A stretch of 19,067 nucleotides of DNA from NCBI GenBank assembly GCA_050125095.1, contig JASFEA010000056.1, forward strand, positions 1-19,067, read 5' to 3'. Shown here piece after piece: positions 7,003 to 14,599 of this stretch. Positions within the stretch are counted from its first letter, which is position 1. Each line of letters begins with the position of its first letter. The notes below the pieces were generated by a model. It ran no database searches. It was not told the DNA's origin and worked only from the letters and a program-made list of their open reading frames with translations. Source of the stretch: a bacterium. GTDB taxonomy: Bacteria > Arandabacterota > Arandabacteria > Arandabacterales > JALGWA01. The translations under genes and the position numbers were made by a program.

Positions 7003-10000
7003 TTATCTCAGCAACATCACCTTCTTCATGTCCTCGAACGCTCCGGCTTCCATGCGGACGAAGTAGACGCCCGGAGCAGCCGGATCGCCTCTGTCGTCCT
7101 CACCTCGCCATGTGACGGTATGCCGCCCGGCTTCATAACTGCTGTCGGTCAGTCTCCTGATCAGCCTGCCATGTGTGTCATATATCCTGATGCGTGCATT
7201 GGTGTTCTCCGGCAGATCGAAGCAAATGACCGTCATCGTAGAGAAGGGGTTGGGCCTGCCCTGCCCGAGCTCGAATGCCATGGGTATGTCACCCGTGTCC
7301 GGGATCCCCGGGACACCCGCAAAGACGTTGTTAACGCTGGACTCTTCGCCTTCATTCCCCGAGAAGTCGGTGGCGGTCACGTGATAGTAGTAATACACAT
7401 GTCCTGCGACGTCTTTTGTCAGGCCTATGGTATAGCCGATAAGCACCGCGCTGCCATCGAGCGCCGGCTGGTCCGAGCCATATACAGTGTAGTAGTTGAA
7501 GTCTTCGTCAGGCACCTCTTCCCACTGGAGCTCGGTGGGTGAAGCCAGTATCAGCCCCGGCGGAGGCGCAGGCGCGAGGTTGTCGATGGAATAGCCGCTG
7601 TCGGGGTCCGAGTCCAGGTAGTAGAGCGGCTCGTCCGTTACCGCGCGGACCAGGAATACCGACCAGCAGATGCCTCCCGATGTGGAATCGCACAGGGTGG
7701 GAACAACCGCCTGGTTCATCGAATCGCCGAAAGCCGGGACCGTGGTCACATAGTCCCATCCGGCCGCCCCGAGTGCGGGGATATCCATCCCGGAATACTC
7801 CGGCGTGGCCCCCTCCAGTGCTACGTCCTCCAGAGCGGCGTCCTCTCTCCCGCCGCCGGAGGCCAGGTTGGCGTCCTGCCTCCGGAACACGGCGTACTCG
7901 GTCACCATGGTATCGCCCGGCGCGTCCAGGTTCGACCTAACCCACCTCAGCCTCACCTGGCGGCCCTGGTCGTTGCCGACGTCCGAGATGTCCATGATCC
8001 CCGGCTCGTCGGCCCAGCACCCCAGGCCGTGGGCGCCCATTACGCCGCACGTGCTTAGGAAACAGGGAGAGGTGGACTTCAGTGTCAGATCGTAGAAGAA
8101 TGGATCGCAGAACCTGGGATCGGCCGAGATGTTACCGCGCAGGCCCAGTTGCGGCGCAAGGCAGTCGATCCAGTCACCGCCTTCATTATCATAGATGTCC
8201 GAGCACGAGACAAATGGGGCGGATCCGGACTCGCACCACACGGCCCGGCCGCTCATGCCTTTATTTATTATTGTGTTCTCGATAATCGGGTCTGAGGCGT
8301 AGCAATATAAGGCGCTCCCCATATAGCAGTTGTTGGAGTAAAAAGTGCAGTTCCGGAACGTGGGGTCCGAACTCTGCATGTAAACCGCGCCGCCCGAAGT
8401 GGTCGCGCCGTTAATGATGAATTCGCAGTCGGTGAAGGTCATATCCGAGAGGTTTAGCATGGCGGCGCCGCCGATGCCGTTGGCCCATGAGTCCTCGAAG
8501 ATACAGTTGGTGAACCTGAGATCCGAGCCCAGGGCGGTTACCCCGGCGCCCTGAGTCGCCAGGCCGCGCATTATGGTGAATCCGCGGACCTCAGCCGTGG
8601 AGTCGACGCTGACGCAGTAGAAGACGCGGTCTATATTATCCCCGTTAATGGTGGCGCAGTCGGGCGTGCCCGTGGCACTGGTAAGCAGAACCCCCGACTT
8701 AAGCTGAATGTTATACTCCAGTCTCGGCCCGCAGGATACCATTACGGTGTCGCCTGCGCATGCCGAGTCGATGCCCGCCTGGATGGAGAATGCGTCCCCC
8801 GGCACGTGCCACGTTCGCGGGCAATAGCCGTTGCCGTTCACTCCTACCTGCCCGCATGAGCCGTGGTTGATGCACGGCGAGCAGCTCCTTAGAAACAGGT
8901 TGTAACCTTCGCGATTGCAGAAGAGCGGATCCAGCGAGAAGTTCTCGCGCCATCCCAGCTGGCTCGCGATGCAACCCACCCAGTCGCCACCGGCGTTGCC
9001 GTAGATGTCGGTGCATGATATGAAGGGCGGGGTCCCCACGCACTGCACCGCCTGGCCGACGGGCCCGAAGGCGATGATGGAGTTGTCGATTGTGACATCC
9101 GAGTCATGGGAATAGAAGCTCCCGCCGTCGGTGTAAGCGCTGTGCGCGTGGAAAGTGGTGCCGTATACCGCGAGCTCCGAGTCCCGCGCGTGTATGGCGC
9201 CGCCGGTGCCGTTGGTCTGGTTGCGGTCGAAGAGGCAGTAATAGACGCTGCAGGGGGGAGCGGTGTCCAGGTATATGGCGCCTCCTCCGCCGTCGGAGAT
9301 ATTGTTGGTGAAGCCGCAGCCGGTGGCCGTGACGGCGCAGCCATCCGACATGATGACGCCGCCGACCCGAGCTGCCTGGCTGTACTCGAATGTGCAGAAT
9401 TCGAAGGTCGGGGTCGCGTGGTTCGTGATGTATGCGCATCCGCCCTCTCCCGAGCTTGTGTTGGAGGAGAACTGGCAGTCATACAGATACGGCGACCCGC
9501 CGGTAATGTATAGGACTCCGCCGTCCACGCCCGAGGTGTCGGAGTCGAAGAGGCAGTACATGATTGTCGGGGAACTGTCCTGCAGGAGCATTCCGCCTCC
9601 GTGATTCGTCGAACGGCAGTGCACGACACGGCAGTTTATAATGCTGAGGTCCGAGTTGCGGAAGGACATGCCGGCCCCGGCGTCCGCGACGGTGCCGTAG
9701 GCGAAGGTGATCCCCTCGATCACGGTGGTGTTGTCGAGGTAATCGCCCCAAAGGACCCGGTCGAGCGTCATGGCGTCGATCGTGGTGTGGGCCCAGTGCC
9801 CCGAACCTCCCCTGAGCGCTATGCCCGACTTCATTTCAATGTCATTCTCGAGATAGGTCCCGGTCGTCACCAGCACCGTATCCCCGGCCGAGGCCGAGTC
9901 GATTCCGGCCTGAATGGTCGGGGCGTCGGTCGGCACTACCCAGGTGACGGCCGCAGCCGGTCCTGCAGAGAGCAGGAGGACCGGGGTTAAGACAATAAAC

Positions 10001-10017
10001 AACACTACGTTACGCAT
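7003..10017 (-). CDS. Secreted right-handed parallel beta-helix repeat protein (2 modules, Pmp-like GG[A/G]x / FxxN rungs) with Fn3-like region and C-terminal FlgD-Ig/sorting domain (1004 aa)
   Basis: Signal peptide MRNVVLFIVLTPVLLLSAGPAAA. Modules start TWxVPxDAxxIQAGIDSA..GDTV (about 8821-9948 and 8017-8817) and end DPxFC..L...SPC..CG. C-terminus RPNPFS...IYDTHGRL...W.GED..G...PGVYFVRM...KKVMLLR. RBS GGAGGTG at 10022-10028. Confidence 0.9.
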   Translation of the reverse strand: MRNVVLFIVLTPVLLLSAGPAAAVTWVVPTDAPTIQAGIDSASAGDTVLVTTGTYLENDIEMKSGIALRGGSGHWAHTTIDAMTLDRVLWGDYLDNTTVIEGITFAYGTVADAGAGMSFRNSDLSIINCRVVHCRSTNHGGGMLLQDSSPTIMYCLFDSDTSGVDGGVLYITGGSPYLYDCQFSSNTSSGEGGCAYITNHATPTFEFCTFEYSQAARVGGVIMSDGCAVTATGCGFTNNISDGGGGAIYLDTAPPCSVYYCLFDRNQTNGTGGAIHARDSELAVYGTTFHAHSAYTDGGSFYSHDSDVTIDNSIIAFGPVGQAVQCVGTPPFISCTDIYGNAGGDWVGCIASQLGWRENFSLDPLFCNREGYNLFLRSCSPCINHGSCGQVGVNGNGYCPRTWHVPGDAFSIQAGIDSACAGDTVMVSCGPRLEYNIQLKSGVLLTSATGTPDCATINGDNIDRVFYCVSVDSTAEVRGFTIMRGLATQGAGVTALGSDLRFTNCIFEDSWANGIGGAAMLNLSDMTFTDCEFIINGATTSGGAVYMQSSDPTFRNCTFYSNNCYMGSALYCYASDPIIENTIINKGMSGRAVWCESGSAPFVSCSDIYDNEGGDWIDCLAPQLGLRGNISADPRFCDPFFYDLTLKSTSPCFLSTCGVMGAHGLGCWADEPGIMDISDVGNDQGRQVRLRWVRSNLDAPGDTMVTEYAVFRRQDANLASGGGREDAALEDVALEGATPEYSGMDIPALGAAGWDYVTTVPAFGDSMNQAVVPTLCDSTSGGICWSVFLVRAVTDEPLYYLDSDPDSGYSIDNLAPAPPPGLILASPTELQWEEVPDEDFNYYTVYGSDQPALDGSAVLIGYTIGLTKDVAGHVYYYYHVTATDFSGNEGEESSVNNVFAGVPGIPDTGDIPMAFELGQGRPNPFSTMTVICFDLPENTNARIRIYDTHGRLIRRLTDSSYEAGRHTVTWRGEDDRGDPAAPGVYFVRMEAGAFEDMKKVMLLR

Positions 10018-10156
10018 GACGCACCTCCGGCGGCTTAAAGATGGGAAAAGGGATGCTCCGGTCCCGGGAGATGGAACGGAAGCCTGGGGAGCGGCTGCGC
10101 CGTCCCCGCTCGAATTGACGCATTGTTTGCAGCTCCAGATGCCTTAAGTTACGTCA

Positions 10157-10185
10157 ATTATACCGCGTATAATGCGCCGATTCAA
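10157..10185 (-). promoter_or_regulatory. sigma70-type promoter TTGAAT-N17-TATAAT for the 1004-aa gene
   Basis: Plus strand ATTCAA at 10180-10185 and ATTATA at 10157-10162, with a 17-bp spacer. Confidence 0.75.
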
Positions 10186-10305
10186 GGTATTTGGGGGCCT
10201 GCGGCTATGGGCTGATGTGAACGGACTTCCTGGGGCTGGCTTGTGGGGCCTGCGGGACGAGGCCCGGCTGGACTGCCTGCGTCTGCGGGCTCATCCGCGG
10301 ACAGA

Positions 10306-10332
10306 GAAGGTGCCCGGTGCGGGGGCCCCTTC
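10306..10332. terminator. Possible terminator hairpin downstream of the 1316-aa gene
   Basis: GAAGG-T-GCCC ... GGGC-C-CCTTC (9 bp plus 1 mismatch). U-tracts are weak. Confidence 0.3.
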
Positions 10333-10407
10333 CTTATATATGTATATGGTGCTTATCTCTCCCCGTGCGATTCCACGGGCCCCTCAATACGCTTAAGCGC
10401 CGGCCGT

Positions 10408-13400
10408 CTACCGGAGCAGCAGTACTTTCTTCATGGCCTTGAACTCACCCGCCTGCATCCGGATGAAGTATACGCCCGGGCCCACCTGATTGCCGGCCTC
10501 GTCCTCGCCGCGCCAGGTAACCGCATGCCGCCCGGCTTCGTACCTCTTATCTGTGAGCCTTGTGATGATGCGCCCATGCGTATCATAGATCCGGATGCGC
10601 GCATTGGTCTCTGCGGGCAGGTCAAACGCTATGACCGTCGTCGTCGAGAACGGGTTGGGCCGGTTCTGCTTGAGCGCGAACGCCGTCGGGATGTCGCCCG
10701 GATCGGGAATCCCGGGAACCCCGGCGAAGACGTTGTTGACGCTCGACTCCTCGCCTTCATTCCCGGAAAAGTCGGTGGCCGTCACGTGATAGTAATCGTA
10801 GACGTGACCCGTAACGTCCTTCCCCGTGTCGATGGTGTAACCGACGAGAGTCGCTGTCTCGTCGAGGTGGTCAAGCGCCGACCCGTACACCGAGTAGTAG
10901 TCAAAGTCCTCGTCCGGCACCTCATCCCAGTCGAGCTCTGTGGCCGACGCCATCATGAGCCCGGGCGGCGGGGCGGGCGCGAGATTGTCTATTGAGTAGC
11001 CGCTATCCGGATCCGAGTCGAAGTAAGTAAATGGGTCCGAACTCGTCGCCCTCACCATGAACACCGACCAGCAAGTGCCCTCGTCCGTGGAGTCGCACAG
11101 CGTCGGGACGACCGCCTGGTATATCGAGTCGCCGTATGCGAGCACGTAGTCTATCTGGTCCCAGCCTTCGGCCATGAGAATGGGCATATCTGTGGAGGCA
11201 TCGGTGCTGGCAGCGTCGGTGCCCAAGGCCGCCTGAACATCCGTCGCTACTTCCTCTTCGGGAATCGCGGGCGCCGAAAGGTGCGCGTCCTGCCTGCGGA
11301 AGATGGTGTAGCCGGTGATGTCCATCTCGTTTCCGGGAACGTCGTATGCCGTCCGCCGCCACTTGAGCCTGGCCTGGCGTCCCTGGTCGTTCCCCACGTC
11401 GGCAACCCCTACTATCGATGGCAGCACGCTGTAGCAGTCAATTCCCGCGCCCAGCCCCCCGATCTGGCCGCACGGGCCCGTGAGGCACGGCGAGTATGGC
11501 GCGACATGGAAGTCGTCGAGGTCCGGATTGCAGAAGAGCGGGTCAGCCGAGAAGTTGTCGGCGGTGTCCTGGCCGGCGATGCACCCGACCCAGTCTCCGC
11601 CGACATTGCCATAGACATCACTGCAGGTGATGTAAATGCTGCCGCCCGTGCACCCGACCGCTCCGCCTCCCCGGCCGAACGCTATAATGGTGTTGTCGAT
11701 ATCGAGCGAGGCGTTATAGCCGTAGACGCTGCCTCCTTCGGGGTACGCGTTGTTGCCGTAGAAAGTCGTCATGGCGATGTCGGCAGTGCAGTCTTGGGCG
11801 TAGACGCCGGAGCCGTAACCGACGCTGTTATTGTCATAGATAAACGAGCCGATAAGCCCGAGATGGCTGTTCTCAAACATGCAAATGGCCCCGCCATAAG
11901 TCTCGCTCGTGTTGTCCCGGAAGCTGCACAGGTTAATCACGCCGGGAGACCGGCGGGCTTGCACTACTCCTCCCCAATAGGCGTGGTTGAACTCGGCGGA
12001 ACACAGGTTGATGTCAAAGTCAGGGCAATCCAGAAAGGCCATGGCGCCGCCGCTAGCCGCAGCGACGTTCTCAGAGAAGACGCAGTCGGTTACGATAGGG
12101 TCACATTCATAGAAGTAGATCGCACCTCCATCGTGTCCTGTTGACCCCCCGGCGAAGAAGCAGCTGGAGACTGTAGGCGACGAGTGCATGGCGTAGATGG
12201 CGCCACCATGGCCACCTGCCGTACAGGTGTCGAACTTGCAGTTCGCGACCGTGAGTTCAGCGTAATCAAGATACATGGCTCCGCCGCTGACGTTCGACAC
12301 CCCGCCCCGGATGGTGAACCCCCTGATCGCCGTCGCCGTATCCAGGCTGTCGCACTGGAATGCACGCGATGTCCCTCCCGCGTCGATCCTGGCGCAGTCC
12401 CAGGTCCCCGTCGAGCTCGTAAGGAGCACGCCTGACTTCATGGTGATGTCATGCTCGAAGTAATTGCCGCATTCCACCTCTACGGTATCGCCCCAGAAGG
12501 CCCGGTCGAGCCCGTACTGGATGGTGGCGAATGGATATATGGCCGTACCGTCCCCTGTAGTGTCATTACCGGCGGTCGAAACATACCAAGTTCTGGCCAC
12601 GCAGCCGGGCCCCAGCGCTCCCACCTGCCCGCAGCCAAGGGTGTCTATGCACGGGGATGTCCAGTGGAGATAGAAATCGTCTCCGTCTGGATAGCAGAAC
12701 AAGGGGTCGGCCGAGAAGTTGCCGTTTACTCCCAGCTCGCCGGCGATGCAACCCACGTAGTCCCCGCCGGCGTTGCCGTACACATCACAGCATGACATTA
12801 CCACGTGCCCTGCGTCGCAATACACCGCCTCTCCCTGGGTGGAGAACGAAAGGATGCAGTTGGAGAGGGTGTCATATTGGCCGTTGGCGTAATAGCATCC
12901 GCCCAGGGGCGCGTCGTTGCCGTAGAAAGTGCAGTTCTCAAAATTGCCGGTGGCGCCGAACACGCCCGCGCCCCCCGCGTACGAGCCTCCGGAGTTGTTC
13001 CTGATAATGCAGTCCCTGATAAAATGCTCGCATGTGTTGCATACTATCCCGCCGCCGAAATCCGTGGCGCTATTGTCCGTAACGACACAGTTGATTACGC
13101 GGGCGTCACTATCATTACAGTAAACCCCAGCGGCGTATTCGGCATGCCCCCCTGTTATGGTGAATCCCTCAATCTGCGGCGTGGCGGATGCGAGGTAGGT
13201 GAATTCTATGGCCCGCCCCAGGTGCTGGCCGTCTATGGTGGCGCAGTCGGGCTCACCCGTCTCGCTCATGATGGTTACGTTCACGTCCACAGAGACATTT
13301 TCATAGTAGGTTCCGCAGGCGACGATCAGCGTGTCGCCGTGGGCGGCGGAATCCACTCCAGCCTGGATTGACGGGGCGTCAAAAGGCACGTACCAGTGAT

Positions 13401-14358
13401 TGGGCCGGCGGCAGCCCCAACCCAAAGCTCCTACGAGTCCGCAGCCCGGCGCGTCGATACAAGGTGAACCTGACATCAGGTGGAAGTCGCCGCCGGCTGC
13501 ACCGCAGAAAACCGGGTCGGCCGAGAAGTTGCCGTTTATGCCATTCTGGCCGGCGATGCAGCCCACATAGTCGCCGACCGAGTTTCCCCAGACGTCGGAG
13601 CAGGTCAAATCTATATCGCTGTTGCTAACGCAGTAAGTTGGGCCCGTGACGGTGCTCCCGAGGCCGTTCACAAGGATACATCTGTCGAGCACCGCATCGC
13701 TGGCGACCGTGGCAGCTACATGACTCCCATACTTCGATGTATTGGCGCAGAAAGTGCATGAGGTTATCGCAATATCGGAGTAGTAATAGGCAAACAGTCC
13801 GCCCCCGTAGGCATTTCCGTTCTGGGTCGACACGTTGTTGGAGATCACGCAGTTCTCTACTGTCGTCGGAGCCTGGGAGAAACAGCATATGCCCGGCCCG
13901 TTGGTGTTCCAGTCAGTGAGCTCATTACCGACAACGTGGCAGTTGCGGATAGTGGGTGACGACCGGGAGACGTAAATCCCGGCACCTGCATCTCCGATTG
14001 AGCCCCCTGTGATGGTGAGGCCCTCGACCACGGCTCCGGCGCCTATATCGTAAATGTAGATCACGCGCCCCAGCTGCTGGGCGTCGATCGTGACAGAGTC
14101 GGGGTCGTTCGCCGCGCTTCTCAGGCACACGCCCGCCTTCATGCTGATGAGGCCGTCGGCGGTGCCGGTGCCCTCCGTCATCCAGGTGTAGGTGCCGCTG
14201 GCCACCGAGACGGTGTCTCCGGCGGATGCGGAGTCAATGCCCGCCTGGATGGTCGGGGCATCCGCGGGTACGTTCCAGGTCGTAGCTTGACCTGTAGTGG
14301 CTAAGCTGACTAAGGCGAGCAGAACAAAGGCCGGTAATGCAGAATTGGTCGAGCGCAT
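10408..14358 (-). CDS. Secreted right-handed parallel beta-helix repeat protein (3 modules) with Fn3-like region and C-terminal FlgD-Ig/sorting domain (1316 aa); paralog of 7003..10017
   Basis: Signal peptide MRSTNSALPAFVLLALVSLATTGQA. Modules at about 13411-14283, 12601-13398 and 11434-12594; the third begins with a DUF1565/PL9-type cap WYVSTAGNDTTGDGT..PFATIQ. Shares the DVGNDQGRQ and DSDPDSGYSIDNLAPAPP region with its paralog and ends KKVLLLR. RBS GGAGGTG at 14364-14370. Confidence 0.9.
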   Translation of the reverse strand: MRSTNSALPAFVLLALVSLATTGQATTWNVPADAPTIQAGIDSASAGDTVSVASGTYTWMTEGTGTADGLISMKAGVCLRSAANDPDSVTIDAQQLGRVIYIYDIGAGAVVEGLTITGGSIGDAGAGIYVSRSSPTIRNCHVVGNELTDWNTNGPGICCFSQAPTTVENCVISNNVSTQNGNAYGGGLFAYYYSDIAITSCTFCANTSKYGSHVAATVASDAVLDRCILVNGLGSTVTGPTYCVSNSDIDLTCSDVWGNSVGDYVGCIAGQNGINGNFSADPVFCGAAGGDFHLMSGSPCIDAPGCGLVGALGWGCRRPNHWYVPFDAPSIQAGVDSAAHGDTLIVACGTYYENVSVDVNVTIMSETGEPDCATIDGQHLGRAIEFTYLASATPQIEGFTITGGHAEYAAGVYCNDSDARVINCVVTDNSATDFGGGIVCNTCEHFIRDCIIRNNSGGSYAGGAGVFGATGNFENCTFYGNDAPLGGCYYANGQYDTLSNCILSFSTQGEAVYCDAGHVVMSCCDVYGNAGGDYVGCIAGELGVNGNFSADPLFCYPDGDDFYLHWTSPCIDTLGCGQVGALGPGCVARTWYVSTAGNDTTGDGTAIYPFATIQYGLDRAFWGDTVEVECGNYFEHDITMKSGVLLTSSTGTWDCARIDAGGTSRAFQCDSLDTATAIRGFTIRGGVSNVSGGAMYLDYAELTVANCKFDTCTAGGHGGAIYAMHSSPTVSSCFFAGGSTGHDGGAIYFYECDPIVTDCVFSENVAAASGGAMAFLDCPDFDINLCSAEFNHAYWGGVVQARRSPGVINLCSFRDNTSETYGGAICMFENSHLGLIGSFIYDNNSVGYGSGVYAQDCTADIAMTTFYGNNAYPEGGSVYGYNASLDIDNTIIAFGRGGGAVGCTGGSIYITCSDVYGNVGGDWVGCIAGQDTADNFSADPLFCNPDLDDFHVAPYSPCLTGPCGQIGGLGAGIDCYSVLPSIVGVADVGNDQGRQARLKWRRTAYDVPGNEMDITGYTIFRRQDAHLSAPAIPEEEVATDVQAALGTDAASTDASTDMPILMAEGWDQIDYVLAYGDSIYQAVVPTLCDSTDEGTCWSVFMVRATSSDPFTYFDSDPDSGYSIDNLAPAPPPGLMMASATELDWDEVPDEDFDYYSVYGSALDHLDETATLVGYTIDTGKDVTGHVYDYYHVTATDFSGNEGEESSVNNVFAGVPGIPDPGDIPTAFALKQNRPNPFSTTTVIAFDLPAETNARIRIYDTHGRIITRLTDKRYEAGRHAVTWRGEDEAGNQVGPGVYFIRMQAGEFKAMKKVLLLR

Positions 14359-14486
14359 TCTCGCACCTCCTGGGTTTGGGGCGGGAGGGGCCTGGTCGCT
14401 CGGGATGCCGGGTATATTTGTCCACCTGTCTTGCCCGATGGACCTCGCATGGGATTGCAGCCCTCCCTTTCTGGTAAGGCGCGTCC

Positions 14487-14515
14487 ATTATACAGCAAAG
14501 GCTACGGGATTTCAA
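14487..14515 (-). promoter_or_regulatory. sigma70-type promoter TTGAAA-N17-TATAAT for the 1316-aa gene
   Basis: Plus strand TTTCAA at 14510-14515 and ATTATA at 14487-14492, with a 17-bp spacer. Confidence 0.75.
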
Positions 14516-14546
14516 CATTTGCCCAGCCTGGCGGCTGCCGTCTAGC

Positions 14547-14576
14547 AAGGAGAAGGGGCCCCCTGGGGAGCCCCCT
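14547..14576 (-). terminator. Probable terminator hairpin after the S8 protease gene
   Basis: Minus strand AGGGGGCTCC-CCAG-GGGGCCCCTT-CTCCTT, a 10-bp stem starting about 24 nt after the stop codon. The pyrimidine tail is imperfect. Confidence 0.5.
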
Positions 14577-14599
14577 GTGAGTTTCCTATCCTCCTCGGT

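Noticed and set aside
6982-10995. Similar-looking plus-strand ORF pairs (6982..7542 and 10243..10995; 7175..7384 and 10595..10789)
   Set aside because: Their similarity simply mirrors the paralogous minus-strand C-termini, and substitutions are synonymous in the minus frame.
7003-11163. Diversity-generating retroelement (TR/VR pair) or recent gene conversion between paralogs
   Set aside because: Differences are mostly third-position and not adenine-specific, and no reverse transcriptase gene is present.
7003-14358. Calling the beta-helix proteins pectate lyases or autotransporters
   Set aside because: The fold class is supported, but I could not identify catalytic residues and there is no C-terminal beta-barrel.
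14359-14480. SAM-I or c-di-GMP riboswitch in the leader
   Set aside because: Only superficial resemblance; the conserved core motifs are absent.
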